IMG/VR virus record: IMGVR_UViG_3300034062_004332
Coordinates: 1,687-65,686 of that record
Source: a virus
Lineage: Duplodnaviria; Caudoviricetes
Direction: 5' to 3' (one strand)
DNA: 64,000 bases
This document shows, piece after piece, positions 8,871 to 18,328 of the stretch (position 1 is its first letter; every line of letters starts with the position of its first letter). The notes beneath the pieces are model-generated. The model was not told the origin of the DNA. It saw nothing but the letters and a program-made list of their open reading frames with translations, and searched no databases. The position numbers and the translations under genes are program-made.

Positions 8871-8894
8871 AGGAAAGCCGCCCTTTCGAGCGGC
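8871..8894 (-). terminator. Rho-independent terminator (near-copy of 5341-5363)
   Basis: GCCGCTC-GAAA-GGGCGGC-TTTCCT. Confidence 0.55.
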
Positions 8895-8934
8895 CCTCCG
8901 AGAAGTTGTGGGAACTTCACGCAGAATCTTAGCG

Positions 8935-9072
8935 TCAAACCATCTCGATGTGGGAGATGACGTAGCCTTCTGCTAGTAGTTGCTTTTTTCGCTTAGTTAA
9001 CTCTTTCTCTGGTACGTCGATCAGTTGGAAGATGCCAGAGCGATAGGCGTGGATCCGAGCCAGCTTGATCAT
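8935..9072 (-). CDS. Small hypothetical protein (45 aa)
   Basis: MIKLARIHAYRSGIFQLIDVPEKELTKRKKQLLAEGYVISHIEMV, followed by a terminator. Confidence 0.5.
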   Translation of the reverse strand: MIKLARIHAYRSGIFQLIDVPEKELTKRKKQLLAEGYVISHIEMV

Positions 9073-9132
9073 GAGCCTTTCTGTGACAGCTCATTCTATT
9101 GCTAGACTGATCTTTAGAGACGGTAAGCAGCC

Positions 9133-9582
9133 GTGGATGAATACGAAGGTTTAACTCCTGCTGAGTATGAGGCTGACCGTTTGCGGGCTAAACAGATTCG
9201 CTTTCAGGATCTGCCTGTACAAATACAACGTAATATCTTAAGACTTAGAGAGCCTGGTGCTTTTAGAGAGATATTTAAAGGGGCTAGCAACAACGGGGAG
9301 TCTGGCGAGTTTTCAAATCGTTATATGGCTGATATGCAGCAAAATTTGCGTTCTCCTGAGCCTCCTGTGCGTAAGGCGGCTACCGGTTTGATGGAGGAGT
9401 ATATCGCTCAACTTGCTCCGCAGAACGTTCGTAATGTAACGGCGCCTAGCACTATGCCGTACATCAAAACTCCTTCCGAGAAAAGAGCTGATGAAATGCT
9501 GATGCAGCGTTTAGGGAATCAGCTTTCACCAAATGACATGAGATTCTTCTTAGAAGGTAACTACGGTTACTCTGGAGTGTAG
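9133..9582 (+). CDS. Hypothetical protein
   Basis: 149 aa; TAGACT -10 at ~9103. Confidence 0.65.
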   Translation: MDEYEGLTPAEYEADRLRAKQIRFQDLPVQIQRNILRLREPGAFREIFKGASNNGESGEFSNRYMADMQQNLRSPEPPVRKAATGLMEEYIAQLAPQNVRNVTAPSTMPYIKTPSEKRADEMLMQRLGNQLSPNDMRFFLEGNYGYSGV

Positions 9583-10209
9583 TTAGCTCTTAATACACCA
9601 GAGCTGCCAGCCGGTACAAAAAGCCTTTTCGAGACAATCTAGGGCGTTCAGTGCACCATCTGCACCACTTCGAACGTCCTCGTGGCCATAATCGTCAATG
9701 ATGACGGCCCCACCACGCCGAACGTGGGGTACGTACAGGGCGATGTCGCGACAAACGGCGGTCGGAGTGTGCTCCCCGTCGATGTACAGGATGTCAATCT
9801 CCTGGTTTTGCTCCTGAAGGGTGCGAGCAAAGTCGGGATATAGGTCCCACGAGGCGCCTTTCAGTACTGTAACTTTGCCAGGATGCTTACTTTTGGCGAT
9901 ATTTGACTTGGCTGTGTACTCAATTTGATCCAGCGTGGGGAAATTTTCTCGTGCCTGCTGGTATTCGATGTTTCCTAGGAAGGGATCGATGCAGTACAGG
10001 CGGCTGTCGGGGTGCTCCATCCAGTTATCGGACCACCAGCACGATGATGCGCCTTCGTAGACGCCGATTTCAACGATGATTCGCTTTTCGTCGGGTTTGA
10101 AGTGCAGTTTTTCGGCTGTAGGTTCTTGGGATACCTTGTAATACGCCCCTGTGAGCTGCTCGTACCAGTTGTGGGCAATCTGATATTTCTGATCGAGAAG
10201 CAGTTGCAC
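9583..10209 (-). CDS. Class I SAM-dependent methyltransferase (Methyltransf_24-like)
   Basis: VEIGVYEGASS, CIDPF, DILYIDGEH and GGAVIIDDY motifs. Confidence 0.88.
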   Translation of the reverse strand: MQLLLDQKYQIAHNWYEQLTGAYYKVSQEPTAEKLHFKPDEKRIIVEIGVYEGASSCWWSDNWMEHPDSRLYCIDPFLGNIEYQQARENFPTLDQIEYTAKSNIAKSKHPGKVTVLKGASWDLYPDFARTLQEQNQEIDILYIDGEHTPTAVCRDIALYVPHVRRGGAVIIDDYGHEDVRSGADGALNALDCLEKAFCTGWQLWCIKS

Positions 10210-10261
10210 GTTTTTCTGGGTCTGTGTCCGTATACTACCAGTGTTCTGTTGGTCTGGATTG

Positions 10262-10459
10262 ATGCCCCGCCCGTTGTTCTACGTGATTCAGGAGGAACTG
10301 GATCTGTATGGGAGCATGTGGCCGCCTAAGTTGTCTATGTTATTGGAGCTGATTGCGGATAAGGTTGAGAAACGAGGTGACAAAGGGTGGGACTTGGATC
10401 CGGGTGAGACTGCCGAGTGGTTGCGAGAAGAAGCCAGACTGGCACGCGAGGTTGATTAG
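10262..10459 (+). CDS. Hypothetical protein
   Basis: MPRPLFYVIQEEL...EWLREEA. Confidence 0.55.
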   Translation: MPRPLFYVIQEELDLYGSMWPPKLSMLLELIADKVEKRGDKGWDLDPGETAEWLREEARLAREVD

Positions 10460-10524
10460 TTAGCTATTTCAATGTGCGGTTAATCACGTCATGACGGCAG
10501 CCGTGGTATATACTGAGGCACGAT

Positions 10525-10596
10525 GCCGGGCTAGCTCAGCGGTAGAGCAGCGCTTTTGTAAAGCGAAGGTCAGCGGTTCAAATCCGTTGTTCGGCT
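10525..10596 (+). tRNA. tRNA-Thr(UGU)
   Basis: GCCGGGC/GTTCGGC acceptor, TAGCTCAGCGGTAGAGC D-arm, loop TTTGTAA, GTTCAAATC. Confidence 0.9.
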
Positions 10597-10666
10597 TGTC
10601 TTGGGTGATACCACGGGTGCTGGGTTTGTATGGTTTAATCTGTTGTAGCTGTTACTGGGCCTAGGT

Positions 10667-10882
10667 TTGTATCAGTTGGAAACAGTGTGCCCTACATGCG
10701 GCAACGGGTTTGTGCTCCGTGGCACTAGACTGCGAGAGTGGTTCAAGTCAGTTAAAGCAAAACCAGATAAAAAAGGACCATACTGCTGTTATACGTGTTC
10801 TGCAAAAGCCAATTTGATCCATGCTCAGCAAAAAAGATCTACAAAAAGTCGGGCTAAAGCCGCCGAAGTCACACAGAGTTGA
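10667..10882 (+). CDS. Small zinc-finger protein
   Basis: CPTC...CCYTC. Confidence 0.5.
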   Translation: MYQLETVCPTCGNGFVLRGTRLREWFKSVKAKPDKKGPYCCYTCSAKANLIHAQQKRSTKSRAKAAEVTQS

Positions 10883-11267
10883 GTTACTTGAGCAACTGGA
10901 GTTATTTAAAGATTTTGTTTTTAAACATGAGTCCATGATGAGCGCGGACCTTAATAAGCGTGAAATGCTGCAGAGACTAAGGAACGCATGTTATGTGTGC
11001 TGTAACTGCGGTATAGCGTTTAGTGAACCATATCAACACTCGGCTGCCGTATTTGCGACGTTCCATCAAGGAGCATGTGATGTGTGTGAAGGGGTGGCTG
11101 CTGTAACTTCTGTGCGTGACTTTGGGTATATGTTGTACGGAATTAAGACAATTGAGGGTGCTCTGATTGATGAAATGAACAGCGTGGCCCGACAAGTGCC
11201 TAAACCGAGCGTGTCGGAGAAGCTTGTTGGGAATTTTATGGATCTGTGTGACAAGAAGGGGGTTTGA
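10821..11267 (+). CDS. Hypothetical protein with CxxC pairs
   Basis: CCNCG...ATFHQGACDVC. Confidence 0.6.
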   Translation: MLSKKDLQKVGLKPPKSHRVELLEQLELFKDFVFKHESMMSADLNKREMLQRLRNACYVCCNCGIAFSEPYQHSAAVFATFHQGACDVCEGVAAVTSVRDFGYMLYGIKTIEGALIDEMNSVARQVPKPSVSEKLVGNFMDLCDKKGV

Positions 11268-11270
11268 GTC

Positions 11271-11588
11271 GTGCGGGATTTTGCGGCGAAGTTGGCCACG
11301 GAACTGCGATCGGTTTTGCGCTATGTTCCTGAGCGCCATGGTGAACCTGCGTTTAGGGTGTTAAAGGAATACGAGTTGTCAGGTGAGGTGGATTCTACGG
11401 AGGCACGGGTGTGTGCAAACTGTCGGTTTGCGTCGCAGATGGGTAGCTACCCCAGATACTTAAAGTGTCGATTTAGTCCGCCTGCGGTTGTACCCACGCC
11501 AAACGGAAGGGTCGATACAGCGTGGCCGACTGTGGAGCGTGACGACTGGTGTTCTAAATGGTTGCCGCATGTATCTCAGTCCGATTAG
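11271..11588 (+). CDS. Cys-rich hypothetical protein
   Basis: CANCRF..CRFSPP..WPTVERDDWCSKW. Confidence 0.7.
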   Translation: MRDFAAKLATELRSVLRYVPERHGEPAFRVLKEYELSGEVDSTEARVCANCRFASQMGSYPRYLKCRFSPPAVVPTPNGRVDTAWPTVERDDWCSKWLPHVSQSD

Positions 11589-11615
11589 AATTAGGGTCGA
11601 CATTACATAGTTATC

Positions 11616-12221
11616 ATGCCTGTTTCTGCTGCAGTTATACTGCCCATTATTACAGCTGCGCTTAACTGGGATGCACTAGATACCACTCAGCGTAATTACT
11701 CTACTTTTAGCCTGGACACGAACAGAGCTGGTTCTATTGTCAAGATCTCTACAAACAATCCTGGGAGCCACCTGTCAGGGTTATCAATGACTGTTACTCA
11801 GTCGCGGCAACGTACTGCTTTGCGGACTGCTGGGGATACTAAGAGTATTGTGTTAGGTTTTTATCTTGATCGAGGTATCTTTACCCGCTGGCGTTTCCGT
11901 GGCTCTACTGGGGCTGATTCGCTTACGTTCGGGCCGCAGGGGCACATTATTAGTAAGCAGAGCGGAGGAGTGGTTGACTTCCGCAACGATACCGCGCCTG
12001 ACAAATTTACATTTATGAATCGTATCGATGTGGCGAAGTGCTCTGAAAAGCACGGTTTTCAATGCCACCCACTAAACCATTTACAACGTGTGTTGATTAA
12101 GAACTTCGGTCGTGAAGATACGATTGATTTACAAGGTCGTGTGTATAGATATAGCGATGTGCGTGGGGGCTTGCTGCCGAGCGTACCTGCAGATCGTCTT
12201 CGGGTTGAGCTGATTCCGTAA
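11616..12221 (+). CDS. Hypothetical protein (RTX-like beta segments)
   Basis: 201 aa; GSTGADSLTFG and IKNFGREDTIDLQG resemble cyanobacterial surface-protein segments. Confidence 0.65.
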   Translation: MPVSAAVILPIITAALNWDALDTTQRNYSTFSLDTNRAGSIVKISTNNPGSHLSGLSMTVTQSRQRTALRTAGDTKSIVLGFYLDRGIFTRWRFRGSTGADSLTFGPQGHIISKQSGGVVDFRNDTAPDKFTFMNRIDVAKCSEKHGFQCHPLNHLQRVLIKNFGREDTIDLQGRVYRYSDVRGGLLPSVPADRLRVELIP

Positions 12222-12282
12222 GTTTGTTTCAGAATATGTCGTGAGTCACAGCGTTGCGCTGAGGTTGTTATTGTTACGTCGA

Positions 12283-12355
12283 GCGCGTCTAGCAATCTGG
12301 TGAATGCAGTGAACTCATAATTCACCTTAGGTGGGTTCAATTCCCACGACGCGCA
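12283..12355 (+). tRNA. tRNA-Met/Ile2(CAU)
   Basis: GCGCGTC/GACGCGC acceptor, GTGAA-CTCATAA-TTCAC anticodon arm, GTTCAATTC. Confidence 0.88.
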
Positions 12356-12358
12356 CCT

Positions 12359-12441
12359 GCCCTGGTGATGGAATTGGTAGACATAACGGACTTAAAATCC
12401 GTAGATCGCAGATCGTGCGGGTTCGAGTCCCGCTCAGGGCA
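12359..12441 (+). tRNA. tRNA-Leu(UAA)
   Basis: GCCCTGG/TCAGGGC acceptor, ACGGA-CTTAAAA-TCCGT, long variable arm, GTTCGAGTC. Confidence 0.92.
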
Positions 12442-12455
12442 CCTTCACTAATTCA

Positions 12456-12812
12456 ATGGAATCAGCTACTTTTCGTTGTCCCGGTTGCCACAGCCAGAAC
12501 ACCTTGAATACGATCGAAAGCCGTAAGGTTGACTTTTATGTGCGCAGGCGCAAAAAGTGCTCTGTGTGCGATAAACGGGTTACTACTTACGAGTTACCAT
12601 CTGAGCAATTTGAAGATCTCAAAAACTCCCAGATGGTTTTAAATAATTTGAAGAAGGTTTTAGAAGCCGGTGGTTTATCTACTGTAACTTCCCGCAAACC
12701 CAATTGCGCCTTGTGTATTTACATGGATGAGTTTGAGGGTTGCACTATGGGGTTCCCTGAGGCAGGAGGTTCGTTTGCGGAAGAGTGCAACCTTTATAAA
12801 GAGCTGGTTTGA
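12456..12812 (+). CDS. NrdR-like zinc-ribbon protein
   Basis: CPGC...ESR..VRRRKKCSVCDKRVTTYE matches the NrdR N-terminal ribbon; no ATP-cone. Confidence 0.7.
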   Translation: MESATFRCPGCHSQNTLNTIESRKVDFYVRRRKKCSVCDKRVTTYELPSEQFEDLKNSQMVLNNLKKVLEAGGLSTVTSRKPNCALCIYMDEFEGCTMGFPEAGGSFAEECNLYKELV

Positions 12813-13702
12813 GCGTTAAGTCGCTCGCGGCGAAGCATTTCCCGGTAAGCCAAAGCTGGATTTGCAGCGGCCCATTCGCGAAGGTTTTCCTCAGCCACCG
12901 TGGCCATAGGCTCGGCTTGATTTAACCGGCGAATCATTTCTTGGGCTCCGAGTAGTTCGCCGATCCTCTTTTGTTGAGCGTATGTTTCTGCTAACGGGGA
13001 TGTTGCTTGAACTTGAGCCGCACCTGGATCCACTGTGGCTGCAGGTAGGCTGGGTGCCGCTGGCGTCGCTGGTGTCGCTGCAGCTTGTCTCGGTGAAGGA
13101 GGCGCGACGTATCCCCGCGTGGCTTCTCTGGGTACTGGCGTTCGATAAGCGGGAGCTGCTGGTGCGGCGAGTTGAAGGTCGGCAGGGCTCGGGGCAGGCA
13201 GAGGTTGATTTTGTCGCTGTTGCTGCTTCCGTTTGTTTTCTTCGTACTCTTTACGAATCTGTGCCATGGTTTGATCTTCTGTCGATCCAACCGGAGTGGG
13301 TTTTAAAATTGCATATCCAGCTAGTCTCTGAAGCGGGCCTCCAAAAGGAAGCGATGAAAACACGTAAAAATCCGTAAGTTCTCCGCCTTGTTTTCTTGGA
13401 AGTTGTGAAGCTATCTTTTCAACTACGGGATCCACTAACAGATTGAGTCCTGCAGCTCTAACTGAGCCCTTCAGTCCTACTGGTTCTGCCGAAGACAGTG
13501 GATTTATTACCGACCTTACTGAGGGCGGTATTCGTCTATATTGCTCTACTACGGGACGGACAACAGGAGCGTTATAGACTGACCGTATAATTGGTTGTAT
13601 TTGTCGTTGCACTTGACCCGCCATGCGCGGGATGTTTTGTATAGCTCGTTGTGCTCGGGCGCCTTGCTGTTGCAGAAACTGAAGTGGGTTCCACGGGGCC
13701 AT
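12794..13702 (-). CDS. Pro/Ala/Gln-rich hypothetical protein (putative internal virion protein)
   Basis: 302 aa; shares WAAxNPxLAY with 39012..40829. Confidence 0.75.
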   Translation of the reverse strand: MAPWNPLQFLQQQGARAQRAIQNIPRMAGQVQRQIQPIIRSVYNAPVVRPVVEQYRRIPPSVRSVINPLSSAEPVGLKGSVRAAGLNLLVDPVVEKIASQLPRKQGGELTDFYVFSSLPFGGPLQRLAGYAILKPTPVGSTEDQTMAQIRKEYEENKRKQQQRQNQPLPAPSPADLQLAAPAAPAYRTPVPREATRGYVAPPSPRQAAATPATPAAPSLPAATVDPGAAQVQATSPLAETYAQQKRIGELLGAQEMIRRLNQAEPMATVAEENLREWAAANPALAYREMLRRERLNAQTSSL

Positions 13703-13755
13703 TACAAGTTTCTGCGTGGCTGGTACTCTATTGTCGATTCTACTTCTAATTTGTT

Positions 13756-14211
13756 TTGACGACTCCGTACAAGTGGGATGTCAGATTTTTATCTGCGGCA
13801 AAACATATAGCTGAGTGGAGCAAGGACCCGTCTACGCAAGTTGGTGCGGTTGCTGTGCGCGATCGAAGGATTTTAGGTACGGGGTATAACGGGTTTCCTT
13901 ATGGTATTATGGATTTATCCACGCGGCTTGAGGATCGAGCTGAAAAGCTACTACGCACAGTGCACGCTGAAGCAAATATTGTTGCCCAGGCGGCGCGTAA
14001 CGGTGTGTGCTTAGAACACGCAACTGTGTATGTATGGCCTTTTATGCCTTGCAACGCGTGCTGTACGTTGCTGATTCAAACTGGAATAGACCGCGTGGTG
14101 TTTCCTGACATCGAAATCCCTGAGCGCTGGTTAAAGAGTTTTGCGATGTCAAATGAAATGTTTCGTGAAGCTGGAGTTAGGTTGACCTTAATAGATCATC
14201 ACCTTGTCTAG
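13756..14211 (+). CDS. dCMP deaminase
   Basis: SKDPSTQVGA, GYNG, HAEAN and PCNAC motifs. Confidence 0.93.
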   Translation: MTTPYKWDVRFLSAAKHIAEWSKDPSTQVGAVAVRDRRILGTGYNGFPYGIMDLSTRLEDRAEKLLRTVHAEANIVAQAARNGVCLEHATVYVWPFMPCNACCTLLIQTGIDRVVFPDIEIPERWLKSFAMSNEMFREAGVRLTLIDHHLV

Positions 14212-14899
14212 CGATAAACATATTATAAAAAGGTTTAACTACAGAAATTTGGTAGTACATATCAGTGAGATATTTAAATAACTGCTCTTTGGAGTGCTTG
14301 TACCATTTGTGCCCGTTTGCTTCAAAAATAATCGGGGGGTACTGATTTCGTTTTAAGGTATGCGCAGCCCCTTGTAGCACCGCATATTCACTACCTTCGA
14401 CATCTAACTTGATTAAACCTACATTTTCGAGGTCGTAATTATCGAGTGCTTTGGTTTGGACTTCTTCTTTGTGTTTAACTTGTTCGGGCGTTTTTTCCAG
14501 CGTGGATCCTCCCCCGTCATCCGACACAACTGACAGCTCTCGGATGTCATTTGCGTTTGCTTTATCTGTAAGTGCTGCACGGATTGGTGTTATATTTTCT
14601 TTCTCGTTTATGAAGATGTTGCCGCAGAGCTGCATGTAGGTCCGTCTTTGAGGCTCGAAAGCCAGAACGGATTTGAATTGATCGGCGAGCAGGATGGAGT
14701 ACACGCCCATGTGGGCGCCACCGTCGATGAAATTAGAATTTGGCCGAGCTATAGATTTAGCGTAGTTAACTAAGGCAATTTCAGGGATGCCGACGCTGAA
14801 CATCTGACAGCGGCCAGATTCGTCGTCGTGCATGAGGAACGCAGGGTCAGGCACCCGTTGGATCAGCGGTTCGCGTGGCCCCCAGAGGAATGTGGTCAC
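14177..14899 (-). CDS. FkbM-family methyltransferase
   Basis: IDGGAHMGVYS, AFEP, IKLDVEGSE, PPIIFE. Confidence 0.9.
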   Translation of the reverse strand: MTTFLWGPREPLIQRVPDPAFLMHDDESGRCQMFSVGIPEIALVNYAKSIARPNSNFIDGGAHMGVYSILLADQFKSVLAFEPQRRTYMQLCGNIFINEKENITPIRAALTDKANANDIRELSVVSDDGGGSTLEKTPEQVKHKEEVQTKALDNYDLENVGLIKLDVEGSEYAVLQGAAHTLKRNQYPPIIFEANGHKWYKHSKEQLFKYLTDMYYQISVVKPFYNMFIARQGDDLLRST

Positions 14900-14962
14900 T
14901 TAACTTTGATTAGGTGGTAGCATAGTAGCAGGTTTTAAGCGGGTTTCTGACACTCGGTTCGT

Positions 14963-15730
14963 ATGGCAATACCTGTTATCGGCACTGGGGTTGTTAACGC
15001 GCCTCATTGGGTTTATAGACTGTTCTACAGTATTGATTACCCTGTTGACACTTTTGTTGTATTTAACAACAACGGGCGCGATCAGATTACTAAGGAGTTG
15101 GATCTGTTGACTCAGATTCCTCATAAATACGTCCGCGAGGTTAAGGTGTGCCACCTTCCTCACAACATCGGGTGTAGTGGGTATTGGAATCTATTAATAA
15201 AGTGCTATATGATGAGCCCCTATTGGGTTATCGTGAACCATGATATTATGTTTACACCGGGTTGTCTAGAGCGCATGGTAAGCCACGCCGCTGATGCGGA
15301 AACAGGTATTGTCCACGGGGAGGATGGGAGTTGGGACGTTTTTCTGATCAAGGATTGGGTGGTGCAGCAGTTTGGTTTATTTGATGAGAATTTAGCTCCT
15401 GCGTATTGTGAAGATATGGATTATGGAATGCGTTTTAAACACAAGGAATTAAAGCGCTGTAAGTCTATTGGTTTGCCGTATTTTCATGGCGAGACTTCGG
15501 GAGACTATGCGGACGGCTCGCAAACGTGGCGCTCGGAGCCTGAGTTGGCGGAAAAAATTCACCTGTCCCATGAGCTGAACAAACAGTACCTTCACGCCAA
15601 GTGGAGCCCAGCGTGGCAACATCATGTCGATGGGGAGGTGTACCAAACTCCGTTCAACAACCCGGCTATTCCTCTTGATTTCACTACGTACGATCTACAT
15701 TTTGTACGCTCTAAGAATCTGGGTTTTTGA
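14963..15730 (+). CDS. GT2-like glycosyltransferase
   Basis: NIGCSGYWN, VNHDI, GLFDENLAPAYCEDMDY. Confidence 0.8.
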   Translation: MAIPVIGTGVVNAPHWVYRLFYSIDYPVDTFVVFNNNGRDQITKELDLLTQIPHKYVREVKVCHLPHNIGCSGYWNLLIKCYMMSPYWVIVNHDIMFTPGCLERMVSHAADAETGIVHGEDGSWDVFLIKDWVVQQFGLFDENLAPAYCEDMDYGMRFKHKELKRCKSIGLPYFHGETSGDYADGSQTWRSEPELAEKIHLSHELNKQYLHAKWSPAWQHHVDGEVYQTPFNNPAIPLDFTTYDLHFVRSKNLGF

Positions 15731-15768
15731 TTGGGCGCTAGTAAACTGAGTTAGCGGGTTTTTAGGTT

Positions 15769-16038
15769 GTGCCTTACTATTCCTCACATACTTCGCGTAA
15801 GCGGCTTGTAAATTCCCTCAAGACGATTCTTGATTCGCGGAATATCTCGTCGTTTAAGCTGAGCCGTATTGGGGCGCTTTCACCTACTACTACGCGGCGC
15901 ATTTATACAGACCCTGAGTATATACCGTCGCCGGATGTTCTTGAGCAGATTTGTTTAGTTTTAAATGTCGAACCTGGCGATATTTTGAAGATCTCGTCTA
16001 ATATGGAATCACAGATAGCGGTATGCTCCGGTGTTTAG
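15769..16038 (+). CDS. Cro/C1-type HTH regulator
   Basis: LKTILDSRNISSFKLSR...LEQICLVLNVEPGDIL. Confidence 0.8.
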   Translation: MPYYSSHTSRKRLVNSLKTILDSRNISSFKLSRIGALSPTTTRRIYTDPEYIPSPDVLEQICLVLNVEPGDILKISSNMESQIAVCSGV

Positions 16039-16537
16039 TCCCGCCGATTACGAACTAGCTGCCCGAGTTACGGGACTGCCGGTGCCTAAAACAGCGGCTG
16101 AAAAAGCTGCGGCGACCCCCGTAGTAGCTCAGGTGTTGCGTGAGTATTCGCGGGCTCTCCCTCCGATGCCTGGTTTTGAAGATGAGGGGGTGATGAATAC
16201 TTCCGCCACACGGTCTTTGAACCGACAGCCGGATGTTTCGCAGCCTGAAGCTAAGAACCAGTTAGAGCGCAGATTGCGGGCTGGCGTCACCGATCCCGAC
16301 GACGTGGCTGAGGTGATGGAGTTAGTAGATATGCTCACAAACGACCCGTCTTTGATCGATGAGCTGTTACAGATTCTTACTACTATTCAGACTCAGGATG
16401 ATGCGTCTGGTGATTTCTTGAGTCAGCAGCAGCCTTTGGAATATGACACACCCGGCTACGGTGGTCAGTATTCCGTGCTGAACGCACCCAGCTCCAGCCA
16501 AATTCCTCCGTCCATGCGGTATCAACCTCTTAGCTGA
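16031..16537 (+). CDS. Hypothetical virion-module protein
   Basis: 168-aa ORF in a coupled operon. Confidence 0.7.
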   Translation: MFSPADYELAARVTGLPVPKTAAEKAAATPVVAQVLREYSRALPPMPGFEDEGVMNTSATRSLNRQPDVSQPEAKNQLERRLRAGVTDPDDVAEVMELVDMLTNDPSLIDELLQILTTIQTQDDASGDFLSQQQPLEYDTPGYGGQYSVLNAPSSSQIPPSMRYQPLS

Positions 16538-16538
16538 T

Positions 16539-16775
16539 ATGGATAGACGACAGCAACTTTTTGATAGGGACGTGCGAAAAGAGTCGGAACCGCTTGATCC
16601 GGTTTCGTTTCTTGATATGTACGTTCAATCTAATTTTCCTCAAACGTCTCCTATGCCGTCCGAGGAGCAAAAACAGACTGGAGTTATGCCTTCAATAGAG
16701 GAAAACGGGCTAAACTTTAAGAAGGCTAAGAAGTTCTCTTCTGGTACTTCTTACGATCGTCCGCAATTGAGTTAA
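16539..16775 (+). CDS. Hypothetical protein
   Basis: 78 aa, coupled. Confidence 0.6.
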   Translation: MDRRQQLFDRDVRKESEPLDPVSFLDMYVQSNFPQTSPMPSEEQKQTGVMPSIEENGLNFKKAKKFSSGTSYDRPQLS

Positions 16776-17458
16776 TGGCTGCTCCTGCTGTTGCTGCTGC
16801 CGCTGCCCCTGCTGTCGCTGCTGCGGCTCCTGCTGTAGTTAAGGGTGCTGCGGGCGCGGGTATAGCTGCTGGCGCTGCTGAATTATTGCGTGAGTTTGTA
16901 GCCGGTCTGTTAGGTGCAGGCGTGGTTAACGCCATGAACCCTCCTGCAATCCCTAGTGCCGGAACGGATGCTTCGGGCAAGTATTTTATCGGACCCGAAA
17001 CAGACCTCAGGTTGATTCCTGATTATCAAGCTCGTTTACTGCAAAACCGCATCTTCAATGCTCTTGGTTTCAACTTACCGGAACCTAGAACCCCTGAAGA
17101 AATTACTGGCGGTATTGAAGCACGCCAGATCAGAATGGCGCAGGACTTGACTGAACGCGAGATTCAAAAACTCAGGGAAAGCAAAGCTTTCGATCTCGCT
17201 GCGGCCCAACTTCTGCGGGATGCTGAGATCCGAAAAGCTGAGCTTGAAGCTGTGGCGGGCTTGCGTCGTCAGGAAGTTCAGAGCGCTGGCGATGTTCGCG
17301 GTCGTGAGTTAGAGAGTCTCGGACGTACTCAAGCAGAGCGCCTCCGTAGTTCGTACGGTATGGCGTCTGACGTGCTTCAGAATACGATTGAAAACGTTCT
17401 GAGGTCTGGGGTCATTAATGACCGCACGGCTCAAGTAGAGTTAGCAAAGATTCAGTGA
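16775..17458 (+). CDS. Putative internal virion/ejection protein
   Basis: Ala-rich N-terminus (AAPAVAAAA repeats), coiled-coil C-terminus. Confidence 0.65.
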   Translation: MAAPAVAAAAAPAVAAAAPAVVKGAAGAGIAAGAAELLREFVAGLLGAGVVNAMNPPAIPSAGTDASGKYFIGPETDLRLIPDYQARLLQNRIFNALGFNLPEPRTPEEITGGIEARQIRMAQDLTEREIQKLRESKAFDLAAAQLLRDAEIRKAELEAVAGLRRQEVQSAGDVRGRELESLGRTQAERLRSSYGMASDVLQNTIENVLRSGVINDRTAQVELAKIQ

Positions 17459-17467
17459 GGTAGTTTA

Positions 17468-18328
17468 ATGTCACCTTTTCCCCAGTTTCTTGACATTACT
17501 CCTGTCGGACTTCCCCTTCGTTTAGGGCAGTCCGCTCTGGATCTGACTCCGTTCGGAGCGCCGTTTAGAGTCGCCGGCCAAGTCTTCGATTATTTTGAAG
17601 ATAAAGAGAAAGCTGGGATGAAAAAGATAATTGATGATAAGCCCCATATTTACGATCCTAAAACAAATACGTTCGTACCCGATACCAGTACCCCTGAAGC
17701 CGCAGCAGCTTGGCGGAAGAGAGGAACTAAGTCCACGCTTGGTAAAAAACCCGTGGTTTGGGATGACGTAACTAAAGATTGGATTCCTGATTTTTCAGTT
17801 CAACCTACTACTTCTGCCGGTGCTGGTGCTCCTCCTGCGCCCCCTGTTGATTTAGGCGCTCCTCCGGCGGCTCCTGTTCTTCCTGAACCTTTGGCGAAAC
17901 CCCCGAGCACCGATTTCGGTGCTAGTAAGGATTCGCCTTTAAAGGGACAAAAGCCTGACTTTAATCTTCAGGATCTTCTGGCGTTCTCGGAGCGTTTGAT
18001 TCGGAATTATCAAATCCCGATGCGTGAAGCGGAGAGTCAGCGTGAGATTCAACGCAGCATTGTCACCGCAGCTCTAAGAGACCGTGGGCTTGAAGAATTA
18101 TCTCGCCGTCAGAGAGAGACTGAGAACATTAGGGCTTGGCGAGATCTGCAAGTGGCTCGGGAACAAGCTCGCGCTGCGCAAGCTATTTCTCTGGCTACCA
18201 CGGCGTACATTGCTGGCCAACCTAATGCGAATGTTATAGACGCCATGAATAGAGGTATGGAAGCTGGAATGAAGCAAGTGACTATTCAAGCACCTAACGT
18301 TCCTGCTGGTCGTAATCTCTTCGGATAA
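17468..18328 (+). CDS. Putative internal virion protein
   Basis: 286 aa; Pro-rich linker and coiled coil. Confidence 0.65.
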   Translation: MSPFPQFLDITPVGLPLRLGQSALDLTPFGAPFRVAGQVFDYFEDKEKAGMKKIIDDKPHIYDPKTNTFVPDTSTPEAAAAWRKRGTKSTLGKKPVVWDDVTKDWIPDFSVQPTTSAGAGAPPAPPVDLGAPPAAPVLPEPLAKPPSTDFGASKDSPLKGQKPDFNLQDLLAFSERLIRNYQIPMREAESQREIQRSIVTAALRDRGLEELSRRQRETENIRAWRDLQVAREQARAAQAISLATTAYIAGQPNANVIDAMNRGMEAGMKQVTIQAPNVPAGRNLFG

